Source: a virus
Taxonomy: Duplodnaviria > Caudoviricetes
Strand: one strand, 5' to 3'
Length of the DNA stretch: 64,000 nt
IMG/VR virus record: IMGVR_UViG_3300028293_000005
Coordinates: 9,874-73,873 of that record
The stretch's first letter is position 1, and each line of letters starts with the position of its first letter. The notes beneath the pieces were generated by a model. The model was not told the origin of the DNA. It saw only the letters and a program-made list of their open reading frames with translations, and searched no databases. The position numbers and the translations under genes were made by a program. This document shows positions 18,322 through 28,226 of the stretch, one piece after another.

Positions 18322-19691
18322 TGAACTACGCATTAGAGGAATTTTACGAGACAGCGCCGCTAACCTCGGCGGACGACGGGCATATCCTGATTGGGAAGCT
18401 CAATGCGGGCGGCGTGATTCAACTTTTTCGGCTGCACGTAAACGACCTGAACCGGATTACCGGTCCGACGGGTCCGACGGGTCCGACAGGCCCGCCCGGA
18501 ACTAACGGAACGAACGGGACAAACGGCGCAACTGGGCCTACCGGACCTACCGGACCAACGGGACCAACTGGCGCGGTTGGGCCAACGGGAAGTAACGGGC
18601 CAACAGGCCCCACAGGCCCTACCGGAGCAAATGGCGCAAGCGGGCCTACCGGACCTACCGGACCAACGGGACCCACGGGAGCAAGCGGCGCGAGCGTGAC
18701 TGGGCCAACCGGCCCCACGGGTCCCACGGGTCCCACAGGTCCAACGGGGCCAACAGGGCCAACAGGCGCGAGCGTTACTGGGCCAACTGGACCTACGGGG
18801 CCAACAGGACCAACTGGGCCGACAGGCGCAAGTGGGTCAGGCGGCGCGGCCGGCGCGTCCTATACGAGCGATTCTTTTGCGCTCGATAATTTCGAGGATT
18901 ACGCGACTGGCGCAATCTCCAACTTCACGAGTGGCTCCGGATGGAGCGGCTCGGGTTCGGCGTCTGGCGCGACTATCGTGGCTGTCACGGGTTTTGCTGG
19001 CACCGATAAGCGGCTCTCGCTCGTCGGCCCTGGCGAATTCAAGCGCAAGATGGCGTGGGGAGAAAAGTGGAAGCGGCTTCGCATTGGCGTCCTTCTGCGA
19101 ATCAGTGGCGCGGCCACTATCACTGGCGACTTTGTTTTCGGCGTTTGCTCTGGTATTACGGACGGTGCCGGCAGCACGGGCTGCGCGAACTTCATCGGAG
19201 TGGGCTCGCGACCGACGAATACTAATCAATACACGTATTCGACCGGCAGCGACATGGCGACCTTCGCCGCGACGTTTGCCAGCGCCTCCACCAAGCACAA
19301 CACGACCTGGGGTGACGGCGGCGGGTTTACGTCCATGAAGGGCTACACCGCGGCCGGGTCTGCGGGGTTGGTCGTGAATATCTGCGACATCCGGCGCGTT
19401 CGGTTCGGGACCACAAGCAACAATTATGTATTGTTCGGATTGGGACCCTCTGGCTCTGGAACGGGTGCCGACGGGCCAGAAAAGGCTCTGGATTGGGGCT
19501 CGCTCCTCCAGGCGGTCGCTATTCCGGACAACGCTACGCTGCCCCTGAACTGGTTCTGGGACGGTAATGCGGCCACGAACACCATTTCGCATAGCGAAAC
19601 GAACGGGGCCTTGGACAGCATCAACATTTGGTGGCAACACGCCACCGTGCCGATTGAGGTGGCTGGAATAGCCGTCCTCAAACTCTATTGA
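18321..19691 (+). CDS. Collagen-like (GPT)n fibre / receptor-binding protein 2
   Basis: About 125-aa GPT-rich tract; C-domain paralogous to previous gene; TGATG coupling gives ATG at 18321. Confidence 0.8.
   Translation: MNYALEEFYETAPLTSADDGHILIGKLNAGGVIQLFRLHVNDLNRITGPTGPTGPTGPPGTNGTNGTNGATGPTGPTGPTGPTGAVGPTGSNGPTGPTGPTGANGASGPTGPTGPTGPTGASGASVTGPTGPTGPTGPTGPTGPTGPTGASVTGPTGPTGPTGPTGPTGASGSGGAAGASYTSDSFALDNFEDYATGAISNFTSGSGWSGSGSASGATIVAVTGFAGTDKRLSLVGPGEFKRKMAWGEKWKRLRIGVLLRISGAATITGDFVFGVCSGITDGAGSTGCANFIGVGSRPTNTNQYTYSTGSDMATFAATFASASTKHNTTWGDGGGFTSMKGYTAAGSAGLVVNICDIRRVRFGTTSNNYVLFGLGPSGSGTGADGPEKALDWGSLLQAVAIPDNATLPLNWFWDGNAATNTISHSETNGALDSINIWWQHATVPIEVAGIAVLKLY
18458..18830 (+). repeat. 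Gly-Pro-Thr collagen repeat (degenerate 9-bp units)
   Basis: Tandem ggnccnacn units read directly. Confidence 0.9.
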
Positions 19692-19716
19692 CAAACGTCC
19701 GGAAAACTCCACTTAT
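19688..19716 (+). promoter_or_regulatory. Phage-type promoter TTGACA-N16-CACTTAT
   Basis: Exact 16-nt spacer; ATG at 19723. Confidence 0.75.
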
Positions 19717-19722
19717 TAAGGT

Positions 19723-20043
19723 ATGAAGACCCCTATTGATTTGGGCTACAACCTGGAGGGACCGACATCGGTCGCGTCCAGCCAGAAGAAAATTTTCCCG
19801 ACTCTCCATCTTGAATGGCCTACGAGCTATGACCTCCCGGAGTCTGGAGAGCTGACCGTCACGTTCCGGAAAACGCATGAGGCGAAGTCCAAGGACCAAA
19901 ACGGCAAGACCCGTTATACGGTGGACCTGGAAATCCAGTCCATTAACGACGTCGAGGAAGGTGAGTCCGAGGGGGAGACGATGGACGAGGAGTCTGGTTC
20001 GGACGCGCTCGACCGCTATAAGAAAGAAGCCGAAGGCGAATAA
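19723..20043 (+). CDS. Hypothetical acidic protein
   Basis: Own promoter; TAATG coupling to next gene. Confidence 0.65.
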   Translation: MKTPIDLGYNLEGPTSVASSQKKIFPTLHLEWPTSYDLPESGELTVTFRKTHEAKSKDQNGKTRYTVDLEIQSINDVEEGESEGETMDEESGSDALDRYKKEAEGE

Positions 20044-20762
20044 TGTCCGACAGGACTTTTATTTATGGATTGTGTGACCCTGATACCGGCGAGCTGCGGT
20101 ATGTCGGGAAAGCGGATAATCCGGAAAAGCGAGTAATCAGCCACCTTACGGAAGCGGCGAGAGGAAAAAATCGCTCGCACCGCGGGAATTGGCTTAGGAG
20201 TCTTTTGGCGCAATCAAAATCTCCGCGGCTTGTAGTGTTGTTGAACGTAGCCAAAACGGAATGGCAATTTTGGGAGCGTGACCTTATTAAGTTTTTCCGC
20301 GACGCGGGTGCTAATCTGGTAAACGAAACAGATGGGGGAGACGGGGTATTGGACATGACTGGTGTGGTCCGTGCAAAAATCCGAGCCGGATTAAAAAAGA
20401 AATTCGAGACGGACCCTGAATACCGCCTTCAAATGCGTCTGAAAAACGTGGGCAAGACACAATCTTCTGAGACGATAGAGAGACGCGCGAAAAAATTACG
20501 AGGGAAAATTCGGTCTGAAGCCAGCCGTCTTAAATATGCCGCCAGCAAACAAGGAGTAAAACGTGCCGGCAGCAGTCAGTATGTGGGTGTGAATTGGAAC
20601 AAGCGACTGCAAAAATGGTGCGCTGTTTTCAATACTCGGCATCTGGGGGTTTTTGAATGCGAAGAATCGGCAGCGCGAGCGTATGATAAGGCTGCCGTTG
20701 AGGCGCGTGGGCTAGAGGCGCGCGTTAATTTCCCGAAAGGAGAAACACATGTTTCAAGCTAA
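20043..20762 (+). CDS. GIY-YIG homing endonuclease with NUMOD3 and AP2 domains
   Basis: FIYGLCDP..LRYVGKA; NETDGGDG; SSQYVGVNW..KW..LGVFECEESAARAYD..NFP. Confidence 0.85.
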   Translation: MSDRTFIYGLCDPDTGELRYVGKADNPEKRVISHLTEAARGKNRSHRGNWLRSLLAQSKSPRLVVLLNVAKTEWQFWERDLIKFFRDAGANLVNETDGGDGVLDMTGVVRAKIRAGLKKKFETDPEYRLQMRLKNVGKTQSSETIERRAKKLRGKIRSEASRLKYAASKQGVKRAGSSQYVGVNWNKRLQKWCAVFNTRHLGVFECEESAARAYDKAAVEARGLEARVNFPKGETHVSS

Positions 20763-21696
20763 AGACGTGCTGGATGACATCCGCGATATCTTTGGCATTT
20801 GTCGCGAGGAAAAACTTTTCAGATATTTAACTGATGCTATCCGGCTGCTCGCAAACAAAGGAGAAATCGACCCTCTTGTCGGTGCAATCGACCTTTGCGT
20901 GCAGAACAAATGTATTACTCTGCCTTCTGAAATCGAGACCGTTCTCGCGGTGAATCTCGCGGGTCGTCCCGCGCTTGGACACAACGAACTTTTTTCCTGG
21001 CACCTGAACGGGCCGGGAGACCGCAAGACCCGATGTGACTATTCGTGGAGTGACGAGTTGCCCGCGGTGACCTATAAGGACCTTGTTTGCCCCGGCCGAT
21101 TAGTGGCTTTCGTGGACAAGCCGTCCGACTCCGGTCGCGAGCTTCGCGTGTTCGGATTCGATAAGCAAAATAAGCCGCTCCAGACGCTGGAGAATGGTGT
21201 GTGGACTGACGGGCTTTTGGTCCCTACAATTTTTGGATACGCCGTTCCCGCATCAAGCGACCCCGAAGTCGGTCGAATTACTCAAGTCATCAAAGAACGC
21301 TCCGATGGAATTATCAGACTTTCGACTTTTGATAATTCATCCAGCAGCGGCACGTTGATTGGGATTTACGACCCGGAAGAAACAGTGCCACGATACCGTC
21401 GTCTGAAAATTTCTCGCGGATGCCCGTGGGTCCGAGTTCTTTATCGGAAGAAATCTTTCGAAATTACTAGCCCGAATACGCGAATTCTTTTGCACAGCCG
21501 TCTCGCTTTACTTTTGGCGTGTAAAGCCCTGAAATTCTACTTGGATTCCGACGTGGCCAATGGCATGACCTTCGAGGCGCATGCTACACGAATTCTAACT
21601 GAACAGGAGAGCGTATTGGTCGGTCCGAATGCGCTACCCTTACAGGTTGAGGACCGCAATAGTATCGCAGTCAAAGATGACTGGGATGTTTCTTAA
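20749..21696 (+). CDS. Tail tubular protein A / head-tail adaptor (putative)
   Basis: Size and position before a nozzle-like gene in podoviral order. Confidence 0.55.
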   Translation: MFQAKDVLDDIRDIFGICREEKLFRYLTDAIRLLANKGEIDPLVGAIDLCVQNKCITLPSEIETVLAVNLAGRPALGHNELFSWHLNGPGDRKTRCDYSWSDELPAVTYKDLVCPGRLVAFVDKPSDSGRELRVFGFDKQNKPLQTLENGVWTDGLLVPTIFGYAVPASSDPEVGRITQVIKERSDGIIRLSTFDNSSSSGTLIGIYDPEETVPRYRRLKISRGCPWVRVLYRKKSFEITSPNTRILLHSRLALLLACKALKFYLDSDVANGMTFEAHATRILTEQESVLVGPNALPLQVEDRNSIAVKDDWDVS

Positions 21697-21700
21697 ATTT

Positions 21701-21889
21701 ATGAAGCAAGACAAAGGCATGCCTCCCTCTTCGGGAGCAGAAGAAAACGCGAAGACCAACGCGAACGTCCCCGCGCCGCAAGAAGTATTTCAATACTCCG
21801 ACGGCAAGTGCGAGGAACGCGACCTGATTGACCGCCTGAAAAACGGCCATGACAAGGGCAACTACAGCGAATACGTCGGCAGTCTTTAA
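21701..21889 (+). CDS. Small hypothetical protein
   Basis: TAAATTTATG start context; 62 aa. Confidence 0.5.
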   Translation: MKQDKGMPPSSGAEENAKTNANVPAPQEVFQYSDGKCEERDLIDRLKNGHDKGNYSEYVGSL

Positions 21890-21953
21890 CCGCTGAAAGG
21901 AGGACGCTATCACGCCCCGCACAGAGGACGGTGAGATTACATTCCTTGGTGGA

Positions 21954-23876
21954 ATGGACTCTATGTCTGACGCGAATCAACTCGCGCCGGGGTATTACGC
22001 ACGGTCAATGAACACCGTGAACCGCGGGGGTATAGTTCAATGCAGGCCGGGATACCAATGTCGTTTTGTCATGCCGCCGGGCAACCTGCAGGGCGGATTC
22101 GTTTTCCGGCCGAAGCTGGGAATAGAGTCGATTCTGTTCGCGGTGGACGGGAACGTGTATCTGTCCGAGTATCCTTACCGGACCTTTCGGCAGCTCTCGA
22201 TTCAATTTTCGGCGTCCGCGCGCCAGCTGTTCTTCGTCCAGGCCGAGCAGGCCGTGACGCGCAACGATGACGGCTCGCTCCGGCTCGTGCCGGCCGTCAA
22301 CCTCGTAATCATTCAGGACGGCGGGCTTACCGCGCCGGCCGTGTTCGACGGGTTTAACGCGGAACACGACGCGAATATCAAGCTCGGCGGACCGATGGCT
22401 TGGAGCGGGGACCGCCTATGGGTGGCCCAGGGCGCAAAACTTTTCGCTTCGGACTTGTATGACCCCCGACATTTCCTCGAACCCCAATACTTCGCGACCC
22501 TCGAAGCTTTCACGCTTCCTGGCGAAATTACGGCGCTGGCGGAACCGACGGCGAATGCGGAGCTGGCATCACTCTTTGTTTTCACCCAAGATTCCACGAC
22601 TCTAATCCAATCCGGAATCCGCGACCGCACGCTCTGGGCGACCACCACCAACTTTCAGTTTGTCCAGTTCCCCGAAGTGGGTTGCGTGGCGCCTCGGTCC
22701 GTGTCACTCCTGCACGGGTTGCTGTGGTGGTATTCCGCGCAAGGCCTGACCAATGTCAACGCCGCGATGCTTACGCGCCAGACGTCCATCACGCCCTACG
22801 AGGACAACGAAATGGCGGACAGCAAATCCCGGCTCGGGGATGACTTGAACGGAATCGCTTGCGGCTTTTTCGAGAATTACCTTTTGGTGTCCGTCCCTTA
22901 CTGCGACAAACACAACACCCACACGTGGTGCTTGGACGGAGCGACGCTGCAGCGGAAAGACCAGCAGTCGCCCTTCGCTTGGAACTCTTTCTGGACCGGC
23001 ACCCGTCCGGTGGAATGGTTTTACGGGCTGTTCGCAGGCGCGAACCGAATCTTTTATGCGAGCGTAGATTTTGACGGGCAAAATCGGCTGTGGGAGGCTT
23101 TCTCCCCGGACCGACTGGACGACGGTTGCCCAATTACTTGGTATGTCGAGACCCGCTCTTATGGCGCGGACGTCCCGCTCAAGGATAAAAAAATGCTGTA
23201 TGCGGACATCTTCCTGTCAGAGTTGGCAGGGACCGTTGACCTCGGGGTCTTCTGGGCTGGACCGCATCGGGGCCGGTATAAACGCATTCTCACGAAACGA
23301 ATTGAGTCGCCCCGCGGTTCGTTTCGCGTCGGTCACAACGTATCGAGTGACCAGAAAATCTTTGCTTTCAAAAAGCAGGTGCGGGCGCTGCGGACCCAGG
23401 ACGGACGGCTGCTCGCGTCGGACGAGGATTTGTCTTCATGCGACGTTGAAAGCATTAAGCTGGACTTCCTGGATGAATCTTTTCAACTTCTCATTGTTGG
23501 CTCTGGCCCTGGTGCTGTGCGTGGAGTTCGTCTCTACCTGGAACCCGCGCCGGGCAGCCCGGGCTCAGTCAGCCCGAACAAGGAACTCTCGGGCCGGTGC
23601 GAAGAAAACGAAGGCCCGGAACAAAACTTTGTGCGATTCGATGGCGCCGCCTCGGATTCAGTCGAAGCCCTAAACGCGAACATTCCGCTTTTCACGAGCA
23701 ACCAAACGGTGACGATTACTGAGCAGGGCATCACGGAAGTGGGCACTGGCTACGGGGAGTCCGTCATCAGCCAAGCGGACGCGGACAAAATCGCGACCAC
23801 GACCGCCCGGCGCAAGGCGGCGCGAAAACTCGAAGAGGCTCTGCCGATTCTTATCTCGACGGGACTCGGGCTATGA
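21954..23876 (+). CDS. Tail tubular protein B / nozzle (putative) with DUF5977-like C-terminus
   Basis: 640 aa, beta-rich; C-terminal GESVISQADADKIA motif. Confidence 0.6.
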   Translation: MDSMSDANQLAPGYYARSMNTVNRGGIVQCRPGYQCRFVMPPGNLQGGFVFRPKLGIESILFAVDGNVYLSEYPYRTFRQLSIQFSASARQLFFVQAEQAVTRNDDGSLRLVPAVNLVIIQDGGLTAPAVFDGFNAEHDANIKLGGPMAWSGDRLWVAQGAKLFASDLYDPRHFLEPQYFATLEAFTLPGEITALAEPTANAELASLFVFTQDSTTLIQSGIRDRTLWATTTNFQFVQFPEVGCVAPRSVSLLHGLLWWYSAQGLTNVNAAMLTRQTSITPYEDNEMADSKSRLGDDLNGIACGFFENYLLVSVPYCDKHNTHTWCLDGATLQRKDQQSPFAWNSFWTGTRPVEWFYGLFAGANRIFYASVDFDGQNRLWEAFSPDRLDDGCPITWYVETRSYGADVPLKDKKMLYADIFLSELAGTVDLGVFWAGPHRGRYKRILTKRIESPRGSFRVGHNVSSDQKIFAFKKQVRALRTQDGRLLASDEDLSSCDVESIKLDFLDESFQLLIVGSGPGAVRGVRLYLEPAPGSPGSVSPNKELSGRCEENEGPEQNFVRFDGAASDSVEALNANIPLFTSNQTVTITEQGITEVGTGYGESVISQADADKIATTTARRKAARKLEEALPILISTGLGL

Positions 23877-24292
23877 TGCAATATGATTCATTGCGCGCGA
23901 TTACGCGGCGAGCCCTGCGCATCAATTACAGGTCTCCGCTCATTTGCCAGCTCGGCCCCGAAGAAAGCGGCAGTGGTTCCGGAACCGACATCTCCGGATT
24001 TTTGCCGGTTGTCGCTCCCGCCGGCCCGACGAATTTGCAAGCGAGCGTGAGTGATTGCCCGCGAGTTGTGACGCTGACCTGGGATGCGGTGACCGGTGCC
24101 CTGGGATATAACGTTCTGCGCGCGGATGACCCGGTCGGCCCGTTTGTTTACCGGCAGTCGGTGGACACCCTGACGTTTTCCGAGGACGTGGAAGACGGCG
24201 TAACTTTTTATTATCAAGTCGTGGCGTTCGGCGAGTTTGGACAGTCGAACCCCTCGGAAACCCTGGCGGTCGTAGTGCCACTATGTGGATAA
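23873..24292 (+). CDS. Fibronectin type III domain virion protein
   Basis: PAGPTNLQA..VTLTWDAV..GYNVLR..YYQVVAF..SNPS. Confidence 0.8.
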   Translation: MMQYDSLRAITRRALRINYRSPLICQLGPEESGSGSGTDISGFLPVVAPAGPTNLQASVSDCPRVVTLTWDAVTGALGYNVLRADDPVGPFVYRQSVDTLTFSEDVEDGVTFYYQVVAFGEFGQSNPSETLAVVVPLCG

Positions 24293-24295
24293 TTT

Positions 24296-24610
24296 ATGGC
24301 GAATCCTAATCACGGCAAACCTAATCCGGACCAAGCGGTCAAAACCGTAGCGCGAACTGTCGAAGTGTTCGACCGCGAGTTCACGCGGCGCGACGGGCGA
24401 AAATACACGGTGGTGACAGCCGAGGCGCTCGACCAGTTCGAGGCGCTAGTCGCTGCGGGGGACGCGGATAAACTCGCTCTCTACATGGAAAACCCAGTCC
24501 AGATGATTATGTCGGTTCTATTCGGACTGCACTCGCGCGTGAAGTTGATTGAGAGCACGCTAATTGCGCTCTCGACCCGCGTCGATGCGCTCGAACGCCG
24601 CCCACACTAA
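24296..24610 (+). CDS. Hypothetical protein with C-terminal coiled coil
   Basis: LSTRVDALERR heptads. Confidence 0.6.
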   Translation: MANPNHGKPNPDQAVKTVARTVEVFDREFTRRDGRKYTVVTAEALDQFEALVAAGDADKLALYMENPVQMIMSVLFGLHSRVKLIESTLIALSTRVDALERRPH

Positions 24611-24613
24611 TTT

Positions 24614-25693
24614 ATGCCACTGCAAAAGACAAACTTGGTCATCGTCGCGGCACAGCTGCCGCCCGACTTCGAGGGAAATCCTCAGGAGTATTTTGCGGCC
24701 ATGCTGGAGCGCATGTCGATTCAATCGCCAGTGGGCATCAGCTTTTTCGTCATCGGCGACGTGGAGCCCGCGAGCAACTCCGGCCCGTGGTTCAAAAATG
24801 GGACGAAGTTGTATGTGTTCGACATCAACACCGGCCACTACGTCCCGCTGGATATCTCGGACTCGCTCTCGAAGTTCGCGTTCATTGGGCCGAATGACCC
24901 CGGCACGCCTGGAACGGCGGACCCGCTAATTTGGTTCCGTTCCGTCGGCAACCGGCCTCTCGGCTGGTATGGCTGGGACGGCAACTCGTGGGAAGCCGCG
25001 CCGAGCGTTCCACCGAGTGGTGACACGGCCAACCGTCCATCGAACCCGGCGGACCTGGAGCAGTATTTTGACACGGACATCAACGTCCTGATTCACTGGG
25101 AACGCAGCGCGTGGCGCACGGTCGCGGGCTCGCCCGGCGACGTCAAGGCGGTCACGGCGGATAACCTGACGCTGGCCCTGAAAGCAAATCCGGGCTGGTC
25201 GCTGCTTTTCGAAAATGACGAAAGCAAGCGTGGCCGGGCTATCGCTCAGGCGGCAAAAGACGCGGGCGCGTCACCGGACAACGCAGTGTCCACACCCGCG
25301 GGAATCACGCAGCGCGCGGCGAATGACGTGTTCGGTGAAGAACTCCACGTGCTGGGGTCGCTGGAAATCCAGCAGCACTCGCACATGATTGGTCACGCGA
25401 CGCTCCTCAACAGTGTCAACGGAAACGTTGTGCTGTTCCGGGTGGACGACGCGGACACGGAGATTTTGAACGCGGGCATCCCGGACAATCCGCCGCCGAA
25501 CTCACAGACGATTCGTCCGACACACACTGCGCCTAACGGCGGGTCTACGGGTGTCACGCTGGGCGGGACCGGCACGCAGATTATGACTAGCCGACAATTC
25601 ACGCTCGAAGACGCGCCGCACTACACGGCCGCGGCTGTGGGACACAACACGGTTCCGCCGAGCGTGTTCCTCTGGCATCTGGTGAAGGAATAA
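24614..25693 (+). CDS. Tail fibre/collar-like protein
   Basis: HVLGSLEIQQHSH and GHNTVPPSVFLWHLVK resemble collar/short-fibre C-termini. Confidence 0.6.
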   Translation: MPLQKTNLVIVAAQLPPDFEGNPQEYFAAMLERMSIQSPVGISFFVIGDVEPASNSGPWFKNGTKLYVFDINTGHYVPLDISDSLSKFAFIGPNDPGTPGTADPLIWFRSVGNRPLGWYGWDGNSWEAAPSVPPSGDTANRPSNPADLEQYFDTDINVLIHWERSAWRTVAGSPGDVKAVTADNLTLALKANPGWSLLFENDESKRGRAIAQAAKDAGASPDNAVSTPAGITQRAANDVFGEELHVLGSLEIQQHSHMIGHATLLNSVNGNVVLFRVDDADTEILNAGIPDNPPPNSQTIRPTHTAPNGGSTGVTLGGTGTQIMTSRQFTLEDAPHYTAAAVGHNTVPPSVFLWHLVKE

Positions 25694-25696
25694 CGC

Positions 25697-26155
25697 ATGA
25701 CGCAGGACCTGACCATAGCATATATCCCGCACACGAGCATCCGGGGCCTGGAACCCCTGTTCCGGGCTTACTTCGAGGACATCAAGTATCCCGGCAAAAT
25801 GAACCTCGACTTCTTCGAGCAGGTCTGGGCGCCGATGGTGCGGCGCGACCAAGCGGAGATTATCGTTGCGGCCGATGACGCGATTCGCGGACTCTGCGGC
25901 ATGACTTATTTTCGGGACGTGTTCAATGGTGAAATGACCGCCACCATAGTTTTGCTGTGGGTGGCGCCCGAATGCCGCGGGCAGGGAATCGGCGCTGCTC
26001 TTTTGAAACAAGCGGAAGAAAACGCTGAAGCCCGCGGGTGCATGTCGGTGGTTCACGGTCACCCGTTCACTGTTCAAAAGGACGGCGGGCGGGCGCTGTT
26101 CGAGAAGCGCGGCTATTCCGCCGTCGAACTTTATTTTCGGAAAAACTTGGAGTAA
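25697..26155 (+). CDS. GNAT-family acetyltransferase
   Basis: LWVAPECRGQGIGAALLKQAE acetyl-CoA motif A; LFEKRGY. Confidence 0.9.
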   Translation: MTQDLTIAYIPHTSIRGLEPLFRAYFEDIKYPGKMNLDFFEQVWAPMVRRDQAEIIVAADDAIRGLCGMTYFRDVFNGEMTATIVLLWVAPECRGQGIGAALLKQAEENAEARGCMSVVHGHPFTVQKDGGRALFEKRGYSAVELYFRKNLE

Positions 26156-26157
26156 CT

Positions 26158-27414
26158 ATGGGAAGCTCAATCGGAACAGTCCTCGGTGGCGGCGCCTCGC
26201 TCGCCGAACTCTTTACGGACTCGGCCGCGAACCGCAACGCGTATAACGAACAGAAGCGCGGGCTCGCGCAACAGCGCGCCCAACTCAAGGAGGATTATAA
26301 CCTGGACCGCGTGGCTGGACTCGTTCAGCAATACGACAAGGGTTATCTGGACCGTAAAGTCGCGCTGCAGAAAGAATACGAACCCGAACTTTACGCCCTC
26401 GGCCAAAAGGCACGGCAGGACTTACTCGCAGAGGCCGCGCGTCCGTCGTCCGCGTTGGAATCCACCCGGACGGCCAAGCAACTTTTTGCGGAGAACATCG
26501 ACCAGGACCCCGCGCTGAAAAAGCTCAAAGACACCGTCGTTCAGAAAGCGAACGATTTGCTGTCGATGGGTGGAACGCTTCCGCCTGAATATCAGGCCGA
26601 GCTGGTCCGCGCTGGAGTGGGTCAAGCCGCGCAGGCCGGCATCAAGCCGCAGTCGTCTTCGGTGGGCGGTGTTGTCTCGAATGTCTTGGGCAGCGCCGGC
26701 GAAAAGCTGCGGCAGGCCCGCACCGTCGAAGCCGCCGGCTTGGCGAGCACGGCGCAACAAATGACCGAATCGCGCGCGAAAATTCTTGGCTCGATTTTCC
26801 CCTCGATTCAAGCCTCCGAGCGGGCCAATCAGATGCGGACGCCGGGCTATCTCGGACTTGCTCAGTCACTGATGCCGGACGCCGCGACTGGGCTGACTGG
26901 CCGCGAGCTGTTAAATGTGGACTTCGCTGGGCGTCAGGCTCAGCGGAATATCGGAATGTCGCTGCACAATTTGAAGGCGCAACGAATTTTGGAACAGGCT
27001 CGTATTCTGGACAACACGCTGGACAAGCAGGCCGGCGGCATGGGCGGCAGCGCGCCGGGCTCCTACGGCAGCGGCAATCAGAACGCGGGTGGCGGGGGCG
27101 GAATGGACATCGGTTCCATCGTGGGAATCGCCGGCATGCTTTCGGACAAAAATTCCAAGGAGAATATCAAAAAGATTGACGAGTCGGAGGTCCTGGACAA
27201 GGTCTCTAAGCTCCCGGTCTCGAATTGGGAATATAAAAAGGACATCGAGGGCGTTCCTGCCGGCCGACACACCGGCCCCATGGCCCAAGACTGGTCTCGA
27301 CTCTTTGGAGACGGTTCTGGTAAAGAAACCACGATTCCCATCGTAGACGCGGTGGGGGTGACCTTAGCTAGTATCAAAGCCATCGTGAAACAATTGAAAG
27401 AGCTGCAGGCATGA
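26158..27414 (+). CDS. Ejection/pilot protein with C-terminal peptidase S74 chaperone domain
   Basis: Gly/Ala/Gln-rich helical body; SDKNSKENI..WEYK..HTGPMAQD; ATG at 26158. Confidence 0.7.
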   Translation: MGSSIGTVLGGGASLAELFTDSAANRNAYNEQKRGLAQQRAQLKEDYNLDRVAGLVQQYDKGYLDRKVALQKEYEPELYALGQKARQDLLAEAARPSSALESTRTAKQLFAENIDQDPALKKLKDTVVQKANDLLSMGGTLPPEYQAELVRAGVGQAAQAGIKPQSSSVGGVVSNVLGSAGEKLRQARTVEAAGLASTAQQMTESRAKILGSIFPSIQASERANQMRTPGYLGLAQSLMPDAATGLTGRELLNVDFAGRQAQRNIGMSLHNLKAQRILEQARILDNTLDKQAGGMGGSAPGSYGSGNQNAGGGGGMDIGSIVGIAGMLSDKNSKENIKKIDESEVLDKVSKLPVSNWEYKKDIEGVPAGRHTGPMAQDWSRLFGDGSGKETTIPIVDAVGVTLASIKAIVKQLKELQA

Positions 27415-27920
27415 CGCTATCTGCAAAAGAAAGAAATCGGATAGCCTGCGCGAAATACCGCGCAAAAAATCTGGAAGCTCGTAGAGCGGACGGCCGCCGA
27501 CGCGAGGCGGCTAGATATGCGAACAATCCAGAAAAGATGCGAACGCGTCGTAGAGACTGGCGAAAGGCGAATCCAGAACGGAGTCGAGAGACTTGGCATA
27601 AGTGGATGGGCACGCCGGCCAATCGAATCGCACACAACCTTCGTCATCGAATAAAAAGTGCCCTGAAGGGTCATTCCAAGAGTAGCTCAGCTAAAACACT
27701 ACTCGCAATGCCTTTGGAAGAATTCCGTATTTATATTCAGGGTCAGTTTCGTCCAGGGATGACCCGGGAAAATTATGGTAGCGTGTGGGAACTTGACCAC
27801 GTAATTCCGTGTGCAAGCTTTGACTTGACGGACCCCGCCCAGCAACGCGAATGTTTTCATTGGTCAAATCATCAGCCTCTTTTTGCGGCTGAAAACCGTT
27901 CGAAAGGAGCGAGGGTATAA
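27411..27920 (+). CDS. HNH-like endonuclease, type B (copy 2 of 2)
   Basis: WELDHVIPCASFDLTDPAQQRECFHWSNHQPL..ENRSKG. Confidence 0.8.
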   Translation: MTLSAKERNRIACAKYRAKNLEARRADGRRREAARYANNPEKMRTRRRDWRKANPERSRETWHKWMGTPANRIAHNLRHRIKSALKGHSKSSSAKTLLAMPLEEFRIYIQGQFRPGMTRENYGSVWELDHVIPCASFDLTDPAQQRECFHWSNHQPLFAAENRSKGARV

Positions 27921-27921
27921 T

Positions 27922-28224
27922 ATGGCTTTGGAAGTTCCATTGGTTCCGATTAACACAGACGCGCGAGTTTTCGAAGCGCAGAACGTGCTTCAAGAAGCGA
28001 TTAACAACCTGCGGTTCGCACAGCAGGCGCCGGCCAAGCCGCAACAGGCCAAGCAGGACCAAGCCGAAGACAAGGCCGCGAAGAAGTCCGCGACCCAGCA
28101 ACTTTTGGACGAGCGGTTTACGCCCGCAGAAGCTCAGCCAGGAGTTGCGAACACCCAGGCACCCTTTCAAGCGGCACCCATCGGGGACATGAATATCATG
28201 CCTGACCTCGGAGGTTTATCGTAA
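27922..28224 (+). CDS. Small Gln/Ala-rich internal virion protein (putative)
   Basis: In ejection cluster; ATG at 27922. Confidence 0.55.
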   Translation: MALEVPLVPINTDARVFEAQNVLQEAINNLRFAQQAPAKPQQAKQDQAEDKAAKKSATQQLLDERFTPAEAQPGVANTQAPFQAAPIGDMNIMPDLGGLS

Positions 28225-28226
28225 TT

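Noticed and set aside
18458-18830. Short periodic repeats as a CRISPR array or satellite
   Set aside because: They encode GPT collagen with free wobble positions; no constant repeat with unique spacers. No CRISPR array was seen anywhere
17209-19691. Diversity-generating retroelement acting on the paralogous fibre C-termini
   Set aside because: No reverse transcriptase and no near-identical template/variable repeat pair; the paralogs differ throughout
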